Assembly (NCBI GenBank): GCA_016930235.1
Contig: JAFGHI010000015.1
Location: forward strand, 4,218-68,217
Length of the DNA stretch: 64,000 nucleotides
Reading direction: 5' to 3'
From: Candidatus Omnitrophota bacterium
GTDB taxonomy: Bacteria > Omnitrophota > Omnitrophia > Omnitrophales > Aquincolibacteriaceae
Shown: one piece after another, positions 38,274 through 47,572 of the stretch
Position numbering within the stretch: the first letter of the stretch is position 1
Layout of the letters: each line of letters opens with the position of its first letter
Made by a program: the position numbers and the translations under genes
The notes under the pieces: generated by a model
Told to the model about the DNA's origin: nothing
The model's database searches: none
The model's input: the letters and a program-made list of their open reading frames with translations, nothing else

Positions 38274-38494
38274 CTCTCCTCCTTTACCCGCGTAAAGAGA
38301 CCCTAGGGGTTCTAGGATCTGTTTCCTTGAAAAGAGCGAGATCTTCTGGCTTGTGGCAACAGTCGCAATCACCTACTTGCAGCACCTTCCCAACAAAATA
38401 AGTTAAAAGTAAAAAGTCAAAAATTAAAACTATCGAAAATCATTTTCTTAACCCGTAACTCGCTTTTGACTTTTGATTTATTACTTCTAACTTT

Positions 38495-38575
38495 TAAGTC
38501 AGTGGTCTTCGGCTGCTTTCGTTCCACGTACAGCTGCGGGGCAGCGGCGGCTCATCCGCCTTCCCTCCACTCTCA
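38495..38575 (-). promoter_or_regulatory. Second, compact cobalamin-riboswitch-like aptamer (copy 2) in the receptor leader
   Basis: Minus RNA GAGUGGAGGGAAGGCGGAUGAGCCGCCGCUGCCCCGCAGCUGUACGUGGAACGAAAGCAGCCGAAGACCACUGAC. Contains AGGGAAG, GCUGCCCCGCAGCUGUA (core GCC-CCCGC-ACUGU), a B12-box-like AGCCGAAGACC and CCACUG. Shares the CCGCCGCUG...ACGAAAGC...ACCACUG backbone with copy 1. Confidence 0.45.
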
Positions 38576-38595
38576 AGTTTTGATTGTGAACGAAC

Positions 38596-38646
38596 AAAAA
38601 AAATCCCTTTGAGCAAGTTCCGAGGAGAATACGCTGCTCAAAGGGA
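38596..38646 (-). terminator. Intrinsic terminator (probable riboswitch expression platform)
   Basis: Minus RNA UCCCUUUGAGCA-19 nt loop-UGCUCAAAGGGA (12-bp stem) followed by UUUUUUUU. About 55 nt downstream of the B12 box of copy 1. Confidence 0.7.
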
Positions 38647-38699
38647 AAACACTTCCTAAGCTTTTTTCAATCCTCTGCTCGGAGGCTCAATCTTTCATG

Positions 38700-38900
38700 T
38701 TGATGAGGGTAGGTCTTCTGACTGACGAGCGTTCGTATCCTACTTACGAACCTTCCCACCCGCCAAAACTGAGGCAGGCAGTGGTTAATTTCGCTTTCGT
38801 TCTCGTCGACAGCGGCGGCACCGTGGAGTCAATTGCACACAGCAATTGCTCGCTTCCCTATGAAGTTCGAAATCCCTTTCGAACACCCACACCGTTTAAG
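38700..38900 (-). promoter_or_regulatory. Cobalamin (B12) riboswitch-like aptamer (copy 1)
   Basis: Minus RNA contains, in canonical order: AUAGGGAAGCGAGC, GGUGCCGCCGCUGUCGA, ACCACUGCC, GGUGGGAAGG, and the B12 box AGUCAGAAGACCUACC (consensus AGYCMGGAGACCKGCC, 2 mismatches). No ORF on either strand. Confidence 0.6.
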
Positions 38901-38923
38901 AAAGAACATTCAATAGTGGAGTC

Positions 38924-38951
38924 ATTATAGAAAAAAGAGGGGGCTTGTAAA
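38924..38951 (-). promoter_or_regulatory. Candidate sigma-70 promoter of the riboswitch-regulated uptake operon
   Basis: Minus strand TTTACA-16 nt-TATAAT immediately upstream of the riboswitch region. Confidence 0.45.
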
Positions 38952-38983
38952 GATGATTTTTGAAGAAAAGGAAAACAAGACAA

Positions 38984-39559
38984 TTACATGCTGAGGATAA
39001 TTTCTTCGCCGGACTGCTCAAGGATGACCGAACGTCCCTGAATATCTTTGACTACCGTATCTTGGTTCACCTCATCCCCGATCATGTAAATACGGTTATT
39101 GATGAGCGCCAGTTGCCTGCCCGCGGAAGTCGTAATCCCGCTCAAAACATATTTGCTCGTCCGCGGCCTAACAACGACGGGCTCAAATGATTCTCTTAGG
39201 ACGGGCTGTTTGGGAGCGGTCACGGCCGGCTTGGGGGCCCGCTGGAAGTTTTCCATCATGACCGTCGTTGCAATCACCATCGCCCCGAGCACCATCACAC
39301 TGACCAGCACAATGCAACAAACAACAACGGCCTTCATGAGATTTTTTTTCGTCCGGGAATCCAGAACCGGAGCACGATAAGGGCGATGCGTTTCTCTAAT
39401 CTCCTTGTGGAAATCAAACGGCGGCTTGGGTTCAGGTTTCGGCACAACCCGCTTCGGTAGTTCTTTCTGTTTCGGCGGCGGCTCCATCACGGAAGTGGCC
39501 GCACTCAAATCCTGAGGCAACCGTCCCGTCTTTTCAAGCGCCTGCTGGATGAGACTCAT
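38984..39559 (-). CDS. GspB/ExeB-like protein (partner of ExeA-type ATPase). Proline-rich linker, single TM, C-terminal T2SSB-like domain.
   Basis: 191 aa. PKPEPKPP linker, TM VVVCCIVLVSVMVLGAMVIA, C-terminus LSGITTSAGRQLALINNRIYMIGDEVNQDTVVKDIQGRSVILEQSGEEIIL. Its start overlaps the ExeA-like stop by 4 nt. Confidence 0.5.
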   Translation of the reverse strand: MSLIQQALEKTGRLPQDLSAATSVMEPPPKQKELPKRVVPKPEPKPPFDFHKEIRETHRPYRAPVLDSRTKKNLMKAVVVCCIVLVSVMVLGAMVIATTVMMENFQRAPKPAVTAPKQPVLRESFEPVVVRPRTSKYVLSGITTSAGRQLALINNRIYMIGDEVNQDTVVKDIQGRSVILEQSGEEIILSM

Positions 39560-40365
39560 ACATGAACTCCTTCAAGATCGGCTTGGGCACATTCCACCAT
39601 CTGCTGCGTCACCACCGTTGAATTTTGAGTGAATGCCGCCATCAGGGCACGATCGGCCAAGACATTGATCACACGCGGGATTCCGGAGGACAAATGATAA
39701 ATAAGCTCACCCGCTTCTTCGGAAAAAAAGTTTCGTTCCGCACCCGCAACCGTAAGCCGGTGAGCAATATAATTTCTGACATCCTCCCGTGAAAGCTCAG
39801 GCAAATGATAGCGGATCGTGATCCTCTGGCGAAGCTGTTTTAAACAAGGACGGTTTAAAAGATCTTTGAGTTCGGGCTGGCCCACTAAAATAATTTGAAG
39901 CAATTTATGAATCGGCGTCTCGAGATTGGATAAAAGACGGACCTGCTCCAGGGCCTTCGGGCTCAAAAGCTGGCATTCGTCAATAATCGCCACCGCATTA
40001 AACCCCTTCTGCGACTCTTCAATCAGAAAATTGTTGAGGGCATCAAAATAATGCTTTCGTTTCTTCCCCGGAGGCGTGATGCCAAAATCCTCGACAATGG
40101 CCTGCAAGACCTCAAACTCCGAAAGCCTGGGATTGAAAAGCAAGGAGGTATGCGCCTTGCCTTCCAACTTATTGAGGAGTGTCCGGCAAATCGTTGTCTT
40201 CCCGGCCCCGATCTCCCCTGTAATCTGAATAAATCCCCTGCGGCTCTCGACCCCGTAAAGAAGATTGGACAGGGCCTCCAAGTGATGCCGGCTAAAATAG
40301 ACAAACCGTGGGTCCGGCGTCATGTTGAAGGGAGATTCTCTCAATCCAAAGAAATTCTCGTACAT
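39556..40365 (-). CDS. ExeA/GspA/MshM-like AAA ATPase (short form, no peptidoglycan-binding domain)
   Basis: Walker A GEIGAGKTT, Walker B AIIDECQ. N-terminal FGLRESPFNMTPDPRFVYFSRHHLEAL is characteristic of ExeA-family ATPases. Confidence 0.75.
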   Translation of the reverse strand: MYENFFGLRESPFNMTPDPRFVYFSRHHLEALSNLLYGVESRRGFIQITGEIGAGKTTICRTLLNKLEGKAHTSLLFNPRLSEFEVLQAIVEDFGITPPGKKRKHYFDALNNFLIEESQKGFNAVAIIDECQLLSPKALEQVRLLSNLETPIHKLLQIILVGQPELKDLLNRPCLKQLRQRITIRYHLPELSREDVRNYIAHRLTVAGAERNFFSEEAGELIYHLSSGIPRVINVLADRALMAAFTQNSTVVTQQMVECAQADLEGVHV

Positions 40366-40453
40366 AATCTCAACCTTTTTCTTATTTCGAAATGGTGCTG
40401 ATAGGCTTACTCAAAGTAACGGCAAATCCGGGAAACTCTGAAGCGCTCCGGCG

Positions 40454-42493
40454 TCAAGCCCGAGCGAACTGGAAGACCTTGCCGTCTTTTCGGGGAATCT
40501 CAAAGACAAACGGTTTTCCCTTTTCCCACAAAATCTTCTCGGCCTTCCCCGCGAGGATATCTTCAATCTTAACGTTGGATACCGATTGCTCCAGTCCCGG
40601 CAAATAAACACTCGCGCTCTTATCTTCGTCCCCGTTATTCACCGCCACCAGATAGGAAAACTTGCCCCGTTCGAACCAAGCCGTCTTGATATCACGAGTA
40701 ACACTCCGGGAAGGCCGCAAAACACCCAGAAAACTCAGAACCTCCTCAATCAAAGAAGGCGTTGGGTCCACACCTAAATGAAGGAGATATCCCTTCCCGA
40801 TTTTCTTCTTATAGCCGATTGTCTTTCGTCCGTAGCTTCCCAAATCCGCTTGAACGGGATTTCCTGAAACGTTACGGAAACAATAAACCGAACTGATGAT
40901 CTCCACACCGCTTCTTTTTTTGCTCAGGCACACCTTGAATTTTCTTTTGAATTCGAAAAGAACACTCTGCGGCTCTTCGAATCCGACGATCGAACGCGGG
41001 ATAAAGCACTCATCCTTGCGGGGGTAATCGCGGAAAGCCACCAGGACACCGCCTCTTTCAACGTAACGGCGAAGGTTTTCCTGAGCCTTCGGTGCGAGCC
41101 ATTGATTGCCCGAATAAAAAAGGCATTTTTTGTCCGGAAGACCTTTCCTGGGGTCCAAAAGTTCATAATCGACGTCCGCATCATAAAGGGCCGTCAAAAC
41201 CGGACTGTCGTGCGAAAGGGTCCTTGCCGCGTATTGAAGCGGATTCAACGTCACGCCGATATCGCAAACTTTCTTGAGCTCCGGTAAATACATTTTCTCG
41301 GCCACCTTCACCATTTGCCCGAAAGCCTCGTAAAGTTCCGGCCGCACCCTTCCCCATTCATTGATCGGAGACATGTACCAGTTGTCCCGGTTCACCAGCA
41401 TATACCAATTCCAGCCCGCCACGCCGCCCAGGATCGCACTCAAACCCAGCAGGCGGTAATGATTCGGCGTCAAAACCCCGCTTTCGTAATGCCGCGAATG
41501 CCAGATACCGGATTCGAATTCCGCAATAAAAGGGAGCCGGGAAGTATTTTTCAGGAATCGCACCTTGTCGATAAATTTCCTCTGCTCAAACTTATCTTCG
41601 CCGAATTCATTGGAGGGATAAAGGTCCACACCGACAAGGTCCGAGACTTCCTGCATATCCGACCAATCGTGCGCATAAAAGAAGGGATAAACGTTCAGAT
41701 AGATCGGAATATCCACGCCCAGCTTCCGGTAAGCCTGGACATTCCACTCGGCACATTGGCGCGAATAACTATATTTGAACCTAAAATAATCCAGATGCCG
41801 CTGCAGCTCGTGATCGCCCTTGAGCTGAAAACCTTCGGACCGGTTGAGCATCGTCGCAAGAAATGCGCCCGCCTCTTCAAATCTTTTGTAATGAGTCCCC
41901 CACCGTTCGTTGAGATCCTTAATCCGACCGGCATAAAGTTTCTTTAAAAATCCCTGAAATAGCCCCGGCTTGCCGGCCAACCCGTATTGAGCACCGAAGA
42001 CATCCGGCCACGGATCGATTTCGTTATCCGCTTGAAGGAGCAGGATATGGCCGCGGCTCCTCGTGGCAAAATAAGGGCTCAAAACCTTGACGACTTTTTT
42101 TAAATAATTGCCGGCAAACTTCAGAAACTGAGGATGCAAACGGTGATAACGATACGCATAAGCGGGAACCCCTTCGCGCGGCCATTCACTGTAGATATAA
42201 GGCCCGGGCCGGATCACGACCCAAAATCCCATCCGCCGGGTCAAATCAAGAAATGCGACAAGATTTCTTTTAGGATCCGTTTGGCCCGTGAAATCAAATT
42301 GTCCCCGGCGGGGCTCATGATAATCCCAGGGGATGTAAGTCGAAACGATCTTGAGTCCGAGTCCTTTAACTTGCGTGAGGATTTCTTCCCAGGCATCCGG
42401 ATGAAGCCTCCAGTAATGCACCTCTCCGGAAAGAAGCGGGATCTTTTTTGGGCCTACGACGATTTGATTGTTCCTGATTTCAACTTTGGGCAT
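40454..42493 (-). CDS. Glycoside hydrolase family 35-like beta-galactosidase
   Basis: N-terminal LLSGEVHYWRLHPDAWEEILTQVKGLGLKIVSTYIPWDYHEPRRGQFDF resembles the GH35 TIM-barrel start. Start set at MPKVEI, which abuts the leuS stop. Confidence 0.65.
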   Translation of the reverse strand: MPKVEIRNNQIVVGPKKIPLLSGEVHYWRLHPDAWEEILTQVKGLGLKIVSTYIPWDYHEPRRGQFDFTGQTDPKRNLVAFLDLTRRMGFWVVIRPGPYIYSEWPREGVPAYAYRYHRLHPQFLKFAGNYLKKVVKVLSPYFATRSRGHILLLQADNEIDPWPDVFGAQYGLAGKPGLFQGFLKKLYAGRIKDLNERWGTHYKRFEEAGAFLATMLNRSEGFQLKGDHELQRHLDYFRFKYSYSRQCAEWNVQAYRKLGVDIPIYLNVYPFFYAHDWSDMQEVSDLVGVDLYPSNEFGEDKFEQRKFIDKVRFLKNTSRLPFIAEFESGIWHSRHYESGVLTPNHYRLLGLSAILGGVAGWNWYMLVNRDNWYMSPINEWGRVRPELYEAFGQMVKVAEKMYLPELKKVCDIGVTLNPLQYAARTLSHDSPVLTALYDADVDYELLDPRKGLPDKKCLFYSGNQWLAPKAQENLRRYVERGGVLVAFRDYPRKDECFIPRSIVGFEEPQSVLFEFKRKFKVCLSKKRSGVEIISSVYCFRNVSGNPVQADLGSYGRKTIGYKKKIGKGYLLHLGVDPTPSLIEEVLSFLGVLRPSRSVTRDIKTAWFERGKFSYLVAVNNGDEDKSASVYLPGLEQSVSNVKIEDILAGKAEKILWEKGKPFVFEIPRKDGKVFQFARA

Positions 42494-44979
42494 TATTGGG
42501 CCACAATATTGACAATCCGTCCGGGGACGACGATGACTTGTTTGATCTCCTTGCCTTCCAGCCACTGTTTGACTTGTTCATCTTGGAAAACCTTTTCCCG
42601 GATGTTGTCTTCCTTTTCCTCTTTCGAAACGGAGATCTTGGCGCGTACCTTGCCGCCGATGAGGACCGCCATTTCGACGGTTTCCTCAACCAAATAAGAA
42701 GGATCGTATTCCGGCCAAGCTTCATAAGCAAGTGTCCCGGAATGTCCTAAACGCTTCCATAACTCTTCGGTCAGGTGAGGCGCAAAGGGCGCCAGGAGCA
42801 AAACAAATTTTTCCATCACTTCACGGGAACATGTTTCTTCTTTGAGCATCACGTTGACAAAAATCATCAGGGCCGAGATCGCCGTGTTCAATCGAATGCC
42901 TTCGATATCTTCGGTCACCTTTTTGACCGTCTGGTGAATCAACTTTTGTTCGGCCGCGTTCGGCTTCCTATTCTGAACCTTGGAATGAAGAGTCCCTTCC
43001 GAGATAAAGAGCCGCCACGTCCGGCCGAGGAACCGGTAAACGCCTTCGACCCCCTGCATCGACCACGGCTTGGTCATTTCAAGCGGTCCCATAAACATCT
43101 CATACAAGCGGATACTGTCGGCCCCGTAGCGTTCGATGAGTTCGTCGGGATTGAGAATGTTCCCGCGCGACTTGGACATCTTTTGATTGTCCTCCCCGAG
43201 GATCATCCCCTGATTGACTAATCGTTTAAAAGGCTCGACTTCCGAAACCACCCCGCAATCGTAAAGAACTTTATGCCAGAATCTCGCGTAAAGAAGATGC
43301 AGCACCGCGTGTTCGGCCCCTCCGACATATAAATCCACCGGCATCCAGTATTTCTCTTTCTTTTCTGCAACCGCTGCCTTCGGATTCTTAGGATCGATAA
43401 ACCGCAGGTAATACCAGCAAGACCCCGCCCATTGAGGCATCGTATTCGTTTCCCGTTTCGCAGGCCTTCCGGTCTTCGGGTCTTGGGTGTTCACCCATTC
43501 CTTCATCAAAGCAAGCGGACTTTCACCCGTCCCCGTCGGTTTGTAGCTTCTCGACTCCGGCAGCCGGATCGGGAGTTCCTTTTCATCCACCAGGCAAGGT
43601 TTCTCATCCACGTGAATAACAGGGATCGGTTCCCCCCAGTATCTTTGACGGCTGAAGAGCCAGTCCCTCAATTTATATTGGATTGACTTCTTTCCGATCC
43701 CTTTTTTCTTCAGCCAATCCGTAATTTTTGGGATTGCCTGGTCGCTCGGCATCTCATCGATTGAAAAAGATTTGTCCGGCGTCGTTGAATTCTTGCAAAG
43801 ACCGACACCGACGAAAGCGCGTTCCTTATTGTCTTCCGGAACACCAGGTTCCTGGATCACCCAAACAATCGGAAGTTTAAACTTCGTCGCAAATTCAAAA
43901 TCGCGCTCGTCGTGCGCCGGGACAGCCATAATGGCCCCGGTCCCGTAACTGATCAGCACATAATCGGCAATCCAGATCGGGATCTCTTTTTGCGTGAGTG
44001 GATTCGTCGCATACGCGCCCGTAAAAACACCCGTTTTTTCCTTGGCAAGATCCGTCCGGTCTAAATCAGATTTTAAAGAGGCTTGCCGGACATAAGCCTC
44101 CACTTCTTTTTTCTTATCAGGAGTCACAATCTTTTTAACGAGAGGATGTTCCGGGGCAAGCACCATATAAGTCGCTCCGAACAAAGTGTCGGGACGGGTC
44201 GTGAATACCCGGATGACATCGTCGGACACCGCAACCGGGAAATCAACTTCCGCGCCGACGGATTTCCCGATCCAGTTTCTCTGCATCTCCTTGATCGGTT
44301 CCGGCCAATCAAGAAGATTCAGATCTTCCAGCAGCCTTTCGGCATAGGCAGTAATCTTAAGAACCCATTGACGCATAGGCTTACGAACTACCGGATGTCC
44401 TCCCCGTTCACTTTTCCCGTTAATCACTTCTTCATTCGCCAAAACGGTCCCAAGTGCCGGACACCAGTTAACAGGGACCTCCGCCTCGTAAGCCAGCCCT
44501 TTCTCAAAAAGCTTCATAAAAATCCACTGGGTCCACCGGTAATAGCCGGGGTCCGTCGTGTTGATTTCCCTCTGCCAGTCGTAACTGAATCCGATACGTT
44601 TAATCTGCCTTTTGAAATTCTGGATATTTTTCTCGGTCGTCTCGCGCGGGTGGGTCCCGGTATCCAGGGCGTGTTGTTCGGCCGGCAACCCGAAGGCGTC
44701 CCAGCCCATCGGATGCAGGACATTGAACCCACGCATCCTTTTGTAACGGGAAATAATATCGGTGGCGGTATACCCTTCCAGATGGCCTACGTGCAGTCCG
44801 GACCCCGAAGGGTACGGGAACATATCCAGGATATAATACTTGGGTTTCTCGCTCCCCTTTTCGCCCGGATCGGGTGAACGGAAAGTGCCGTGCTTTTCCC
44901 AATATTCCTGCCAGGAAAGTTCTATCTCATCAAAGGGATATTGTTTGATTCCGCTTGCCATAGGCGGGTATTTTAACAC
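42493..44979 (-). CDS. leuS: Leucine--tRNA ligase
   Basis: 828 aa. [12 protein letters not shown] (HIGH region), KMSKS, CP1 editing domain. Canonical bacterial LeuRS. Confidence 0.95.
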   Translation of the reverse strand: MLKYPPMASGIKQYPFDEIELSWQEYWEKHGTFRSPDPGEKGSEKPKYYILDMFPYPSGSGLHVGHLEGYTATDIISRYKRMRGFNVLHPMGWDAFGLPAEQHALDTGTHPRETTEKNIQNFKRQIKRIGFSYDWQREINTTDPGYYRWTQWIFMKLFEKGLAYEAEVPVNWCPALGTVLANEEVINGKSERGGHPVVRKPMRQWVLKITAYAERLLEDLNLLDWPEPIKEMQRNWIGKSVGAEVDFPVAVSDDVIRVFTTRPDTLFGATYMVLAPEHPLVKKIVTPDKKKEVEAYVRQASLKSDLDRTDLAKEKTGVFTGAYATNPLTQKEIPIWIADYVLISYGTGAIMAVPAHDERDFEFATKFKLPIVWVIQEPGVPEDNKERAFVGVGLCKNSTTPDKSFSIDEMPSDQAIPKITDWLKKKGIGKKSIQYKLRDWLFSRQRYWGEPIPVIHVDEKPCLVDEKELPIRLPESRSYKPTGTGESPLALMKEWVNTQDPKTGRPAKRETNTMPQWAGSCWYYLRFIDPKNPKAAVAEKKEKYWMPVDLYVGGAEHAVLHLLYARFWHKVLYDCGVVSEVEPFKRLVNQGMILGEDNQKMSKSRGNILNPDELIERYGADSIRLYEMFMGPLEMTKPWSMQGVEGVYRFLGRTWRLFISEGTLHSKVQNRKPNAAEQKLIHQTVKKVTEDIEGIRLNTAISALMIFVNVMLKEETCSREVMEKFVLLLAPFAPHLTEELWKRLGHSGTLAYEAWPEYDPSYLVEETVEMAVLIGGKVRAKISVSKEEKEDNIREKVFQDEQVKQWLEGKEIKQVIVVPGRIVNIVAQ

Positions 44980-45013
44980 AAGCGCAAAAAATCACGAAAC
45001 TTCTTCAGGAAAA

Positions 45014-45097
45014 ACTGCGGAGGGAGAGAGTCGAACTCTCACGGCCTTGCGGCCACTGGATTTTGAGTCCAGCGCGTCTGCCAGTTCCGCCACCCCC
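45014..45097 (-). tRNA. tRNA-Leu (anticodon CAA), class II
   Basis: Reverse complement GCGGGGGTGGCGGAACTGGCAGACGCGCTGGACTCAAAATCCAGTGGCCGCAAGGCCGTGAGAGTTCGACTCTCTCCCTCCGCA. Anticodon stem CTGGA/TCCAG with loop CTCAAAA, long variable arm, T-loop GTTCGACTC. Confidence 0.85.
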
Positions 45098-45124
45098 GCA
45101 AATCACAGGTAAGAATAAAAAAAC

Positions 45125-45197
45125 TTGGACCGGAGGGGAGTTGAACCCCTGACCTCCACAATGCCATTGTGGCGTTCTCCCAACTGAACTACCGGCC
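45125..45197 (-). tRNA. tRNA-Ala (anticodon GGC)
   Basis: Reverse complement GGGCCGGTAGTTCAGTTGGGAGAACGCCACAATGGCATTGTGGAGGTCAGGGGTTCAACTCCCCTCCGGTCCA. G3:U70 identity pair present. Anticodon stem CCACA/TGTGG with loop ATGGCAT. Confidence 0.85.
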
Positions 45198-45395
45198 CAC
45201 GTAAGAAATTATACCAAAGCAAACTTTATACAGGCAGTGTCTACCGTCAAAACCACTTACCAAAACATCGCAGTCCTGCAAAGTTCCTGAGGAACGAAGC
45301 AGGACCGGCCCATGAATGAATTGCAGGGTATCTTAATCAAAAGCGGGTATCGAGACAAGGATTAAGTAATGAAAAACCCTGAAGAATATTCCCAT

Positions 45396-45433
45396 AAGAA
45401 AAAGGGCCAGATCTTTTTGATCTGGCCCTTTTT
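45396..45433. terminator. Bidirectional intrinsic terminator (A-tract, 10-bp stem, T-tract)
   Basis: AAGAAAAAG-GGCCAGATC-TTTTT-GATCTGGCCC-TTTTT. On the minus strand it follows the small secreted-protein gene. It also isolates the tRNA-Ala/Leu unit. Confidence 0.8.
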
Positions 45434-45455
45434 AAAGAAATTCGCCTCGCTTAAT

Positions 45456-45782
45456 TTAGAACAAGGTTTCAGGATCCACTGGCATTCCCTGCTGATGATC
45501 AGGAATAAATGCAGCAATGAAATCCCACATACCACTGCCCGTGCGAACAACTGTTTGGAAGAGTCCGTCAAGGGCACCCGAAATATGGCGGATGACCGGA
45601 CGTCCTGCCCCTTGGTGGTATTCCTGAATCGTGATAGGGACTTCCATCCATCCGCCAATCACATTCTTGAAACCACGCACAAAATCCTTCTGCATGTTAT
45701 CCTGATACTCGCCCGCGAAAGCCGGTGTGACCGAAGCAGCTAAGATCAGGACTAACAATACCGCAAGAATTTTCTTCATATT
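45456..45782 (-). CDS. Small secreted protein of unknown function
   Basis: Start at MKKILAVLLVLILAASVTPAFA (signal peptide) with GGGAGGG RBS. About 108 aa. No catalytic motif. Candidate TTGACA-16-TAGGAT promoter at 45836..45863. Confidence 0.5.
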   Translation of the reverse strand, partial: NMKKILAVLLVLILAASVTPAFAGEYQDNMQKDFVRGFKNVIGGWMEVPITIQEYHQGAGRPVIRHISGALDGLFQTVVRTGSGMWDFIAAFIPDHQQGMPVDPETLF

Positions 45783-46090
45783 GATTCCCTCCCTTGGATT
45801 ATCAATGGTCGAAATAAGAAATACTGACCTCACTATCCTAAGGTTTATCGACCTCTTGTCAAGTTAGTTCAATATTCACGTAATTGGGTGTTTCGGCAAA
45901 ACGCTTAAAAAGTGTAGCCTAAATATTCAATTGTTTCCGGCATCCCCCTCAAAAAAGACTCGCCCTCCGGTCACAATTCCCGGCACGTTCTTCAGAAATT
46001 CCTCTCGGAAAGCTGCGGGGATCCCCTTAAACCGAGTAAAGTTTTGGGTGCCAAGGCCGATGTTCCATATACGGCGAGATTGACCAAATA

Positions 46091-46294
46091 GTGGGGGAAA
46101 AATTGAAACCGTTATACACCTGTTCGAGCTGTCAGTGGTCGGGGGATGAAACCCATTTTATCACCAAAATCCTCTCGATCATGTACCGCCCCAAGCACGA
46201 AAATATCCAGGCCTTCAAACAAATCAAGTGTCCCAAGTGTCACAATCTCGTCACGATCATTTTCGAGACCCTTGACGGTCAAGTCGCGAAGTAA
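46091..46294 (+). CDS. Small zinc-ribbon protein (two CxxC pairs). GTG start.
   Basis: 67 aa. CSSCQWSG...CPKCHNLV. GGGGG stretch upstream. Overlaps the surE 3' end by 16 nt, convergent. Could be spurious. Confidence 0.35.
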   Translation: MGEKLKPLYTCSSCQWSGDETHFITKILSIMYRPKHENIQAFKQIKCPKCHNLVTIIFETLDGQVAK

Positions 46295-47064
46295 GACTTC
46301 TCCCCTTCCTTAAATTGTTTCAGCCAGTTCTCGACCGGTTTCATCGCATCATAATCCGTTAAATCGAGTTTCAAAGGCGTAATCGAAATATATTTTTCGA
46401 TAATGGCTTCTTCATCACTCGAGCCGTCCGCATCATCGACTTCAATCTGACCGGCCAGGGTATAAATCTTATCTCCCTCATGAAGACCGTGAGAAATAAA
46501 CTCCTCGATGAACCGGCTGGAGGCCTGTTTGGTCACCCGGATCCCTTTGATTTCATTTCCGGGAACCGGAGGAATATTAATGTTTAACATAATGCCGCGG
46601 GGCAAACTTCCCTGCTCATACCCGGTTGCGATCTTTTTCGCGAGATCAACCCCGACCGAAAAATCGCTGAAAGTCGGGCTGCATAACGACATCGCCACCG
46701 CCGGAATGCGATTGATCAAACTTTCCCGAGCCGCCGAGATAGTTCCCGAATAATAAACGCTGACCCCCGTATTCGTTCCGTGATTGATCCCTGAAATCAC
46801 GAGGTCGGGACGAAAATCAGGGATCTCGGAAAGCGCAAACTTGACACAATCAGCAGGCGTCCCTTCCACTGAAAAATGCCTGAGCCCCGAAATTTCGAAT
46901 TCCTTAATGCGCAATTTCTGGCGTAACGAGATGGAATGGCTTGAAGCCGATTTCTCGTTTTTGGGAGCCACCAAAAGGACCTCCGCGCTCCCTTTTAACC
47001 CTTGGGCCAAGGCCTCAATCCCCGGCGCTTGAATCCCGTCATCATTGGTCAATAATATTTTCAT
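46279..47064 (-). CDS. surE: 5'/3'-nucleotidase SurE
   Basis: MKILLTNDDGIQAPGIEALA...GINHGTN, the SurE metal-binding N-terminus. Confidence 0.9.
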   Translation of the reverse strand: MKILLTNDDGIQAPGIEALAQGLKGSAEVLLVAPKNEKSASSHSISLRQKLRIKEFEISGLRHFSVEGTPADCVKFALSEIPDFRPDLVISGINHGTNTGVSVYYSGTISAARESLINRIPAVAMSLCSPTFSDFSVGVDLAKKIATGYEQGSLPRGIMLNINIPPVPGNEIKGIRVTKQASSRFIEEFISHGLHEGDKIYTLAGQIEVDDADGSSDEEAIIEKYISITPLKLDLTDYDAMKPVENWLKQFKEGEKSYFAT

Positions 47065-47174
47065 TCTTCGTTGACTCCCTTTGTATCACTCCGCGGCTCA
47101 ACCTGCGCGAACGGGCATCCTAGTTTGTTGCAATGTCATTGCGGATAAATTCACGAAAAGCCAATCTTCAATGG

Positions 47175-47558
47175 TCACTGCGGGATCATCATAAAAACAG
47201 TCGCAATAGCGTAATCTCTTTCGTGCGACATCGAAAGCTCGATCTGGCAGCGTTTGGGAACGCCGAAACGTTTTCTCGATTCCTCCGAAAGATAAATGAA
47301 AGGTTTGCCCGTCGGCCGTCTTCTGACCTCAATCTCCCGGAACCGGTAGCGGTGCTCGCGCTTCACTTCAAAGGCCTTCATCGCGGCCTCTTTGGCGGCA
47401 AACCGTGAAGCATAATGTTCGGCCTTCATCCGTTTGGATTCGCAGTAATCCCGCTCGGCCTGGGTAAAAACCCGATGAAGAAACCGGCTTCCGCGGCGCT
47501 TCATGACCCGCTCAACCCTGCGGACGTTGGTAATATCGATCCCTTGGCGGATTTCCAT
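47175..47558 (-). CDS. acpS: Holo-[acyl-carrier-protein] synthase (4'-phosphopantetheinyl transferase)
   Basis: 127 aa. GIDITNVRRVE...FAAKEAAMKA, the AcpS core. Confidence 0.85.
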   Translation of the reverse strand: MEIRQGIDITNVRRVERVMKRRGSRFLHRVFTQAERDYCESKRMKAEHYASRFAAKEAAMKAFEVKREHRYRFREIEVRRRPTGKPFIYLSEESRKRFGVPKRCQIELSMSHERDYAIATVFMMIPQ

Positions 47559-47572
47559 ACGGTCGGATCTTG

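Noticed and set aside
38697-38930. 77-aa plus-strand ORF in the receptor upstream region
   Set aside because: Overlaps the riboswitch-like element on the opposite strand. The region is better explained as structured leader RNA.
41315-41947. 210-aa plus-strand ORF
   Set aside because: Antisense within the GH35-like gene. Proline/arginine-rich nonsense translation.
44083-44877. 264-aa plus-strand ORF
   Set aside because: Antisense within leuS.
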